A DNA stretch of 62,357 nt, filler included, from Bipalium vagum (lineage: Eukaryota), in NCBI GenBank assembly GCA_037834085.1. It is 3 parts of 3 records of this genome, joined end to end, with 100 filler letters (N's around TTAATTAATTAA, not from the genome) between each part and the next. Parts side by side here need not be neighbours in the genome. Positions count along the whole stretch, not along the records: positions 39,586 to 62,357 come from JBBMKC010216910.1; 2 more parts are not named here. One strand, given 5' to 3'. Both the position numbers and the translations under genes were made by a program. Under the pieces are notes generated by a model. It did not search any database. It was not told the origin of the DNA and saw nothing but the letters and a program-made list of their open reading frames with translations. This document shows, piece after piece, positions 41,184-53,100 of the stretch. Every line of letters begins with the position of its first letter. The first letter of the stretch is position 1.

Positions 41184-44100
41184 ATGGAATTTGAATTATA
41201 TATAAAGGCAGTGAAAAATAATGATTTTGAAAAAGTTAAGCACTACTATTGTGATGAGTATTTAAATAAATATGACGAAGTTAGTATTTTATTTTAAATT
41301 TAAATATTAATTTATATATATTGAATTTTCTTTGATTTATTATTTTAATTCTTTGTTTTTTTATCTTTATCTTAATATTTCCTTTTTTATGGAAATGTTA
41401 AAAATTATTTTTCGAGGAAACTGGTTTGTAAATTAACATTGAAAAATTTAATTCAGATTTTAAAATAAAGTATAATATTATTATGTATAATATTAAAAAT
41501 TATATATTTTTATTATTAATTGAAGAATTATCATTTGACAGGATTATTTTTTCCTTTTAAATCTCCTTATTATTAAATAATAAAATAACTGAGTTACAAG
41601 GTGTTAACTTATTGATTAATATATACTATAATATAATATTATATTTTAGAAATCAATTATTCCTCCTCACTCCTTGAATTCAAGGCACGTGTAATTTTTC
41701 CTTATTTTTCATTTAGTTATTGATTTATTACAGAAATTTAGTTCCTATTTTTCTTGAAATGTTCAATAAAAAAAATAATTACAATTAAAATTTTCTTGCT
41801 CATCATTTTTAAAATATTTAAACTTAAAATTAATTTAAAAATTATTAAAATTAAATATTACGATGAAAATTAATTTTTATGAAAAAAATTTATTTATATA
41901 CCATAATTAAAAAAAATTATTAAAAATTTATTCGTTTCAAATATTTTAAAATTATTCTTAATCAATATTAACACAGTTAAATATTAAAAAATTAAATTTT
42001 GTGACAAGTGCTAGTATGTGGACAATGAAGCAAGTAATTAGAAAACGAAATATTATAAATGCCTCTAGCATCAAACGATCAACAAGATTAAATCAACTGT
42101 ATATTAATCTGATAGTATTTAGTCTTGTTATATTACAATTAAATTGGTAAAATTTCATTTAAGCCTTTAGGAATTACAAAACTTTTAGTATACAGATGTA
42201 AATTATGTAAAAATAAATAACCTAAAATAATCAAAACGTTTAAGACATTTATTAATTCAGATGAACAGTTTTAATATATTTTTGTCTCCACATCTCCTAA
42301 TAACATCTGCGATTCATTTTGGTATTGATTCCACAAGTTTCTTTAGAAATTCCTGAGGGGTAATATCCCATTCTTCTTTAAAATTAATTTAATTTTTTCA
42401 ACGTTTCTGGGTCCACGTTTTCATACAATAACTTTAATATTCGCCCATAAATGCTCAATAATATTGAGATCAGGTGACTGTGAAGGCCAATCTAATGTTT
42501 ATTTTATTATCAACCAACCATTTCTTGTTAATTGTAGCTATATGTTTCGGATCGTTATCTTGCTGAAAGACAAATCGACGTCTGAGTCCGACTTTACTAG
42601 ATAATTGAGACAAATTTGAAGACCAAAATGTTATTGGAAACTACCTTTGTCATAAGGCCATCTTTGAATTGAAAATTACTCATTCCTTTCCCAGAAATTG
42701 ATGCCCAAACTGAAGTACCAGTACCTCGATGTTTCACTGTTGATCAGGTGCATTATGGTATCAATTTGTCTCTTCCTTTGTCAAATCCTAATAATTCCGT
42801 CAGAACCAAATTTATTAAGTCTTGTCTCATCTGTCCACAGAACTGCTTTCCATTATTCTAATATCCATTTGGAATATTTTTTCGCTCACAGCTATCGCCT
42901 TTTTCGGTTAACACTGCTAATAAGCGGTTTCCGATTAGCTATTCAACTTGTTAAACATGTTTTCTTTAATCTTCTCAAATTCTTTGAACATATGTTGATT
43001 TTTAACTCAGAGGATAACTCAACCTTTAATTTATGTACAGATAATCGTCTATTAATAAGAATCTTCCTCACAATGACTCGATATTGTCTCTCTGACGTAC
43101 ACAGTTTTATCCCAGGCTTCGGCTTTTTAGCTGTTATTCCAGTTTTTGAATAATTCTTTATGATGAAATTGATTGTGTAGACACAAAGATTATTCTTTTC
43201 TGCAATATTCTTCAAAGGAATTCTATTTTCTCTGAAAAATACAAGCTTATCGCGAATTTCTTGGGGTATAGGTTTGCCCATCATTTCGCAGATATAAAGA
43301 AATAATAATTCTAAAATTTTAAAATATCTAAGAAATATGGGATCAATAATTTCACTTTTTTTTCATTTGTATTTAACAGATTAAAAAATTGCAAGAATTA
43401 TTGTAAGTTATGAACACAATAATTTTCGTTACATAAATTACTTCATTTTCTACATACTGTAATTATTAGAAATGTAAAAAAGTTTTAATTACAAATTCTG
43501 AGTCAATTCTGATACTACTGTATAGATTCTAAAATATTACCCTCTTTTTCCAATTTTCAAATAAAAAAACTTTTGACGTGTATAACCCGCAGCCATGTAG
43601 AGGCCGCACTTATTATATCATTGATTTGCAACATTTAGATTTCAGCAACCTTTCAGCATAATGATTACTCAGTATATAGGTAAGTAAATTTATTGATTTT
43701 ATTATTTAAATCAATTATTATTTCGATATATATTATTGTTTTTAATATCGTAAACCTAAATACAATTTACAGATATTTAGAACTTTTGCTCTTAAAAACT
43801 TTTTATTGACGTTGTATAACCCACACCAACAATATAATAAATATAAATCAACAGTATAATTATTTTGGTATTGATAAAGTTTTCTTATATAACCCGGGGA
43901 CTATAACCAGAAAAGAGGGTAACATTTTAATTTTATAAGATTTAACAAAAATAAAATTCAAAAATATACATTTTGTCAAATATTGTTTATGTTCTTTACT
44001 TAATACGCCTTTCTAATAAATCAATAAGAATAATTAAAAGGATGTTAGTATTTATTATTATTTTGTGTAAGGAGAAAGTCTATAGAAAACACCTGTTCCT

Positions 44101-47100
44101 ATCCACAAAACTGAAAAATTATTTTATTTGTTGATTTTAAATATAAATATTTGGAATTAAATTAAAATGGTCTGACTTGGAAAAAATAAACCTTTTGGTT
44201 AAAAAATGTTGTCTGATATTAAGAAATTATCTAGTCGAATAGAGAAATAAAGCAAAAAAAATTTTTGTTCAAATCTAAAGTATTAGAATTTATTAAGTAC
44301 AGTACGAGAGTTAGCTTTTAAGTTTTGCAAACACATAAAAATAAGGAAAAAAAGACTGAAAATGTTTTATTGTTTTTCAAAATATTCTCTACAAAGATTT
44401 ATACATTTTTCCATGCATTGAAACCAATTGTAAAAGCAGTTATTTTACTGATCAGTTGTAATACCAAAAATTTCCATTTTTAACATGTCCATTGCCTCTT
44501 CCGTTGTCCTCAACCGTTAGCCACGAAGTTTATTCTTGATGTTTAGAAATGTGAAAAAGTCGTTTGGACTTAGGACGGGACTATATGGTGGATGACCAAA
44601 TAATTCTAGATTTTGAGATAATAAAAAATCTGTTGTTGCTTGAGCTGCATGTGAACTAGGATTGTCGTGATGAAGAATGATTCTCATTTTCATATTTGTT
44701 CTTCGAAGAACTGAAATTATTTCTGGCAAGCATATTGTTGTATACCATTGCGCAGTAACCGATTTTCGATTTTGTAAAGAAATTGTAACGACATGGCCTG
44801 CTTTTGAGACAAACATTGTGATCATCTGCTTTGACACATTACAAGAACGGGCAACTTTTATCAGATTTTCCTCAGATTGAAACACACAAACATAAGTTGA
44901 CTTTTATTTTTAGACTCGTGAGAATAAATCCATGATTCGTCATCACTGACAATGTTTTACACATTTTTTGAGTTTCCGTTGTTGAATCTATTCAAGGTTT
45001 TTCGGCACCAGTTGACTCGACTACTTTTTTTTCATCAGTCAGGAGATGTGAGATCCAACGGGAAACAAACTTTTTCACAATCAGTTCCTCATGCAGGATC
45101 TTATGCATGAGGTCTTTGAAATGCCCACGATATGTTGTATGTCGATCTTTCATGATGAGCTGAGGTACAGAATCGATATTTTATAACTGCTGTCTTTGGA
45201 GAACCAGTTCTCTCCACATCGATCAAACTAGATCGTCCACATCGGTAATCTCGGGATTGGTCGGAATTTGTGGAGTGATGTGGTACCTCATCCCAAGAAC
45301 TGATATAATTTCGGATCGACATTTTTCCTGAGATAATCGTCTTCGAAAATTGTTCAGGATTATTGCTCGTACATTTTTTCTCATGAATTCAATTTTTTTT
45401 CATTGATTATGTTTTTAAAATAGTCGCTGTAAACAAAGACTTTGATATATTTAAACCAAATTTATAATTATTATCTAAATATAGACGTTTGTTTTACATA
45501 ATATTTTATTATTGTAGGCTTTTATGCACCCATATAAAAAACTTAAAAGGCAGCCACCGTATATTGCAAAATGACATTAAATAAATATGATTTTTAATAT
45601 TATTAATTTATCAGTTTATTATCTACATATAATATATTGTAGAATGATCTCAATGGTTTCCATCATGCTTGTAATCTCGGTTATATGGAAATCGTGAAAT
45701 TCTTTTTGGACAAGAATGTTGATATTGGTTTGCCTTGCCAAAATGTGAATATAAAAATATTTATAATATTTAAATAAATTTGATCTGATATATAACAGAA
45801 TGATTGGCAAGGCCTTCACTTGACGGTTGAAAGTGGATATGAGAAAATAGGCAAATTGTTACTGAGTCTAGGGGCTGATAAAGAAGCGAGAGCCATGGTT
45901 AGTTATAAATGAATATGTTTGTATAAGTTTGACATTGATCAACACTTTGCATGGATTTCTAGAAAGGAATGCGACCTATTCATTGTGCCGCCCTTGGTGA
46001 CTCTGTGGAAGCCGTACGAATGTTATTGATCGAAGGAGTAGATTTCAATGCTTTGAACGAAGTGAGAGTGAAATCAATTAATGATTGAACTTATTCCGAA
46101 TGGTATAGTTGAATGAGACTCCATTGCATATAGCAAAGCGGAACAATTGCCACGAGACAGTAAAATTGCTTGAAAAATGGATGGGATATAATCAGGTGCT
46201 TTTCTTTTTCCGAAATTGAAGGGAAGTTCTTATTTTGGTTTCAGGTTTTCAATTTAGTGATATCCAATCAGCTGGAAACCTTTAAAGATTGTTTCCTTAA
46301 AGAACGAATTTTGATAAAAGATAATCAAGTAATAAATTTCTTTATATTCCCTATTGTTATTGGAATTGATTAGACAAAGTTGACTATTTTGGAATTTTGC
46401 GTCAAATATAATAAACCAGATTTCTTGGAGTTCATTTTTCTTCAGAATCCCGATCAACAGGTTTTGTAAAGGGAATAAAATTTCACAAAATGACGTTTTC
46501 TTTCTGTTTCTAGTCTGTTATACAAAGTCTAAAAAAAACTCTTGCCAACAAACAAATTCCCAGTGATCAATTCCTGGATCAGGTTCACTTTTTTTCATCA
46601 ATGTCAATTGATCAATCGAAGCTATTTTCAGTTCCGCTTGTATAGGTCAATCTTGTTTGACAACAGAGAAGAGTTTCTGGAGAACATCAATGTTGAGATC
46701 TGCAATCAACCTTGGATACTGGTAAGAGTAACTAGGAGACATCGGGTGGTTTTCTCATATATTTATTTTCTTTAGACAGGCGATACCTTTCTCGAACTGT
46801 GCTGTCGATATAACAGAGTGACATATGTAAACAAAATTCTGGAAAGAATTCTTGACGTCGAACAGGTCCTATTGTTTCTTTGATAATGGAACTTTTGGTT
46901 GATAGTGGCATTTGTTATAATTTAGAGCTGCAATAGAGCAATTGATATTGCCGATCGGTTAGGACATATCAGTGTTGTGAAGAAAATTAAGTCCCGAGTA
47001 CAATTCGTGAAAAACCGGACCAAGGTGAACGTTGTTTTTACATTGATAATAATCTATATTCTTTAGGCGTTCTACAATCGTTTGCACATTGCTGTTCAAG

Positions 47101-50100
47101 ACAATAATATCGAAATGATCAAATATATCCTGGACAACAATTTGATTGATGCCAACAAAAATGACGCGGTAAATTAAAAGGAAAAAATCAATTTTCATGA
47201 ATTTTTTTCACTCTTTCCATTTCAGAGTCTTGGAAGTCCATTGTGCTTAGCTCTTTCTCTTGGTTATACAGAGGCCGTATTAGCATTTCGTGATTACAAC
47301 TTGGAAATGGATGTCGTAAATAGGGTTGGTTAAGATATTTTTGTTTGTTTACTGTAGAACTTCGCTATGTAGATTTCTGACTTTTCAATTAAATTTTTGG
47401 ACCAACAATTTTCTAATGCAATAACGAAATTTTATGACAATTTTTATTTATCCTCATTCAGAAATTTATACAGGGTTTGTAATAGGTAAATATCAGATTA
47501 AAAAAAAACAAAAATCTATTCTTAAATTTTTTGCAACAAATTTTATTTTATATAAAAATAGGATTTGTTAACTTTTATATTGGCGTTTAATTGTTTTAAT
47601 TAGTTAATATAATCACATTTAGATAAATTCAATTTCAGATATTGTTATCAATTGAAGAACGAGTTAAAGTCGTATTGATGATGTTCAGATGAATTCAGCA
47701 ACATCAATAAGACGACATTTAAGAAAGTTTAAATTAAAAATATACCAAGAGTGAGGACGATAACCGAGTTCTTACAAAATTTAATAAAACTGGCAATGTA
47801 TGAAATATTCCAAAGCTTAGTGGAATACCATCATTTGATAAAAAAATTCTCATGTTTATGAAGAGAGTCCAATGACTTCTTTACGAATTGCTTCTAAAGA
47901 ATCTGGTTGCGGTTTTAAAACAGTATATGATATATTGAGATCTAATCTCCAATTGTATCAATACAAAATTCTAATGTTTCATCAGCTGCAAAACAAAGAT
48001 TACGTTTATGTAGAAAGAGTACCAATATCTCAAATCTTAATAAATGAAATCCACAATGATTAAGGTTTTTTCGAAAATCTTATTTGCACACATTTTTGGT
48101 TTAAACAATTGCAGAATTTTGGTTACTCAACCTTCCCACGCAATTATCCTAATATCCCAATCCAGTTCAAAAGTTATTGCTTGGATGAGTGTTTCCATAC
48201 CATGTGTTTATGGTTCTTTTTCTTTTATGAAAATATTAATACCTCAAACTATTTAGACATCATAAGTCTTTGTTGGAGAACAATATAAAAATTAATTTTT
48301 CAACAGGAAGAATCTGATGCTCATTACTCAATTGAAGTTAAAATTTTTTGTACAGAAATTTTTACCAAGGTAAATTGTGCCACTAATAAAATTCTTTTGG
48401 GGTATGAGATCACGAGATCTATCTCCAATTGATGTCTTTCTTTCGGAATATCAAAAGACAAAGATTTATAAAAGAAACCAAAGAAGTAAAGATTTAACTG
48501 ATGTAATCGAAGAAAAGACAGATAAAATATCAATAAAAAATCTCAGAACTTCGTTTTTTATCGTCTCTTACAATATTGTATTAGTATTAGTGGATTTGGT
48601 GTTGAAAAATATTAATTTTTAATAAATGTATTTCATTGTATAAAAATTTTAGTGTAACAATATTACATTTTTGAAATCTGACAATTAGTTTTGTATATTC
48701 TGTATTTTGGCAGACAGCAAATTGCACCGACACAGTGATATCCTAGTTTAACGTTTATTATTTTATTAACTTGAGTTGTAAAAATTTTCCTCGATTTTTA
48801 TAGTGTCCATTTCATAAATAAAATCCAAATCACGATGGTATTGTTTTAATAATTAAACTGAATAATGTGCCAAGATTATCAAAATAAAAACAATGTGCTC
48901 AGAGTCGTTAAAGAGAAGAACAAAGATTGCTCAGGAGTATTAGAGATGAAATTTCGACAAATTCAATATCAGGATGAAATTGGGTTCCATAGTTGAGCAG
49001 GAGGCATTCATTTATCACCTAAGGTCGCATCGGATAATCTTTTACTATGTTCAATGATTTTCATTAATGAAACAGAAATATAACGGTCTTATTAATGGTG
49101 ACTGTAACACGGAAATTTATTGGTTTATCGGAAGAGTACTTTCGCCAAGGAATCTTCACAATTAATTCTGTGTTGATTATGAACAATGTTCGTTTCCATT
49201 GAGAATATTGATAATATCCTAAATACGTTAGGAGTCAAGATAAGAATTCTATCTACTTATTAGCCTGGTTTTAATCCAATTGAGAATACATTTTGGTATA
49301 TTAAGTCGATAGTTGGTCGAATTAGACACAGAGATGAAATAAGAGATGATGTGAAAATTAATATCACTGATGTTATTCAAATCATGGTTTCCTGTGATAA
49401 ATAGCTTTTGGTAGTTAACAGATTAAAAATTGCAAGAATTATTGTAAGTTATGAACACAATAATTTTCGTTACATAAATTACTTCATTTTCTACATACTG
49501 TAATAGTAATGTAGAAAATTTTCAATTACAAATTTTGAGTAAATTCTAAAACAGTATAGATTCTAAAATATTACCCTCTTTTTCCAATTTTCAAATAAAA
49601 AATCTGTTAATCCTGGTAGTAGACAATATTCAGGAAATTTAAGTTAATTGTAGTCATTATGGTTGTTATACTTTGATTATTTCAACGTCTTTAATATTCG
49701 TAAAACCATTGTCCTTGAAACTTGCATATACTCATTTTACATATTTTGTTCTCGTATTTTGTGTTATCATAAAATATGAATTTTTATTTATGAAATGGAC
49801 TGGAATGGGCTTCAAACAAGATTGTAAAAGAAAATATCAAGGATTAAAAATAAGAAAACATAAACAGAAAGGAATAAAAAAATTCATTGAAGAACAAATT
49901 AATTTCTTGAAACATGTTTGCCCAAATATTGATCAGTTTTCTCTATTCGTTAAAACTGGTTACATAATTCCAATAAGAAATAGCAATGTGAACATTTTTG
50001 TAAATGCAGAAGTGAAGATGAATCGTTTAATAGCATCGAAAAGAGAAACGATAATATAACACCTCAGGATTTACGTGATTACTTCAAACACATGTTTAAA

Positions 50101-53100
50101 TGTTTAGTTAAATCAACCGGATAAGAGGACTTTTAAATGTTCAATCTAGTTGTATTTAGTTCATACTAGGTTATTAAACATTACGATAAATTTATCTTTG
50201 TCAGTTACTATATCATTTGATAAGAATTTTGAATTTCAGTTTGACCAAACACCGTTGCACCTTGCTATTGAAAGTAACATGATGAATGACTCGTTTGACT
50301 TCATTTATCCAAAGGTTATTGATGCAGTAGATTTTGTATGCAATTTGTTTATCTTAACGAATATCGATAAAATTATTTAGTATGGCTTTACTCCTCTGCA
50401 CTTAGCTATAATTAATAAAGATTCAAATCTCTCTCATCGTCTTATCGAATGTGGTGCAGATGTTTGGAAACCGCTGACAGTAAGATGTGATTTTTTAGAA
50501 ACACTTTACATTAAATTTTCATTGATTTTAATAATCAATATTTATACGAAATTAATTTAGGCCTCTATAAGGCCATATCTCTCTACACAGAATCAATGAC
50601 TAAATATTCATTACAAATAATTTGCCAAATAAACTTGATTGGGTATTGATTTTTAAAACTCTTTGTACGATCCTTTTAATAATTAAACATGAGAAAATTA
50701 TCGTCGTTTGTGTCAGTATTGACAAAATGAACAGCCACAAAAATCCATTTAAATAACTAAATTTTTTCTGGTTACCATAATATTTTTACTATCAAATAAC
50801 ATATTTTATAATCTTGATAACGAAAAAAATCAAGAGTTAATTAATGAAATAAATGTGTTAAGAAATCATAGTGCATTAATCAAAATATTTTAAATTAAGC
50901 TCATTTTTAGACATAAAATATCGTAAAACATAAAATTTTTTATTTATTTAATAATATAAATAAAATTTATTAAATTTAGAACTAATTCTAAGTTGTATTT
51001 CAACTTAGAATATCATTCGTTAAAATAGTTTAATTACATTAACTTTTACATTAAAAAAAATCTAAAAATAACAGTTACAGTTGAGAAGAAAAGAACACAA
51101 TTTATTATTCAATATATACCAGGTGTTAAATAAGTCCTTTCCGATTTTTAATGAAAAATATAATGTCATCAGAAATTATATATTTACAATTAAATAACAA
51201 ATATTACATAGTTATATTAAAAAAAATTATCAATTTGTTCTTCAAAAATGTCACCTTGTTTATTGATGCAGATTAAAACAAAATAAATCTCTGTTGATAA
51301 TACATATTATATGAAATCCGAAAGGACTTATTTAACACCATGTTGAATAAAAGTTTCGAAATAAAATTTCCCGTTATTGAAAGCTTCCTAAATTTCTATT
51401 CTAAATTTCTCGTGCGACCTGGACCATTTTTTCTGAGTTTTTTTTTTCATTACAATCCAAAATGCTTTGATATTCTGATTTTGGAAATTTCTGTCGACTG
51501 GACTTTTTTTTTGGAAGTTTTTGAAATTATTTATGATTTAATTTTAAAATTTAAAACAAATGGTTTTCGACCTCGGAATGATTTTTTCAATAATGCAATA
51601 AAAATAATTTTTCTTATTATATTTTGAGAAAAAATATAATTATATTAAAATTCGTGACGTATAATATAAGTTTTTATTTGTACATTCTAATTATCAGAAA
51701 AATGTCTCGTGAATCATATTCCAATTTCATTTTATTTTCTTGACTTTATCAACTCATTAAGTTGAATTTTTATCTAGACCTTTTGTAAATATTTGTCTTT
51801 ATTTTGATAGTAAACTTAATTTTTCTAAAAACTGTTTTAAATTTCATTTTTTACTTCAATGATACCTTTGTTCCATAAAAATTTAATTTCTTGATTTTAA
51901 AGTTATTTTTGTTTTAATGAGGTATTTGGTTAATTTTTGAGAACATTTTATTGGATATCCTTTTAAAAGATAAAAAATACTGCTTTTATTGCATTACGAG
52001 AGATTGATCGTCAAAATGTGGAACAGTCAGCAAAATTGTGTAATGTTTTCAATGTCAATAAATAATTGTATTTTCTTTTGATATTCTGAACATTAGAAAT
52101 AAAATCTTTTTATAATTAAATTTTTACTGTAATAAAGTTCTTTTTAGAAATCATTCTGTATCGATTTATTTTTTATTTTAATACTCAATGTGTTATTTTA
52201 TAAATTATCATTTGGTATTGGTATTTGGTATTAATTGATAATATTTTACTAATATTTTACTAATATTTTGATAATATTCATTTGGTCTTTTTCATTAATT
52301 TTAGATTAGACTAAATGGTTGGCCTTTTTTATTGGTTTTATTTTATTGTAATGATTTTGATTATGAAAGGTTCAATGGAAAAAATTTCTTTATCGACAAT
52401 TGTTCCTTTAACTAAAGTGGAGAATCCAATAACGTTGTGTATGAAATTATACCGAACACTTTTCCCATCAATGTTGCCAAAAATAAATCACAGAATTTGC
52501 ACTGAATTGTTAGATGACGGAAATTCTGTGCTGCATCTCGCTTCGAAATTGTTAATCCCTGGCATATTAGAAACCTTAATTGCCAATGGCTCTAATATAA
52601 ATCTCCAGAACAAAATCGGGAACACGCCACTTCATTCAGCTTTTTTAGAATCTTTTACAGCTCATTCTTGGGAAATGGTATTGTTTCAATTTCAACTGAT
52701 TCTTATACTTAATATTTGTTTTTTAATTGCGAAGGAAGGTTTTATGGAAACTGCTCAATTATTGACTGAAAGAGGGGCAAATATTAATATATTGAATAAC
52801 GAAGGAAAGTCCGTGTTTCAATGTGCGATGGATGTAAACTCCAAAAAGTAAAAAAGAAATCCTTAGAATTTCTAGATAAAATCTTTTCTTGATTCCGAAC
52901 AGAATATTAAACATGGTACTGAATCATTGCCAACGCGTAGATGTCGACGTTGAAGACTTAAATCTGTTATATTGCAGGCAGTGGCCGGACTCTTTGAAGA
53001 TTGTCTTCGACTTGCAGGACGATAATTTTAAAAAATGTGCTTTGACAAAACTCATCACCGAATCTCAATTGGACTTTATCGATTTTCTTCTTGATATTGT

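Noticed and set aside
49083-49095. acggtcttat, resembling part of a flatworm spliced leader
   Set aside because: The match is too short, lies inside a transposase relic, and has no donor or Sm-site context.
49673-50059. 128-aa intronic ORF
   Set aside because: TTG start, AT-biased composition, no domain; probably chance or decayed TE.
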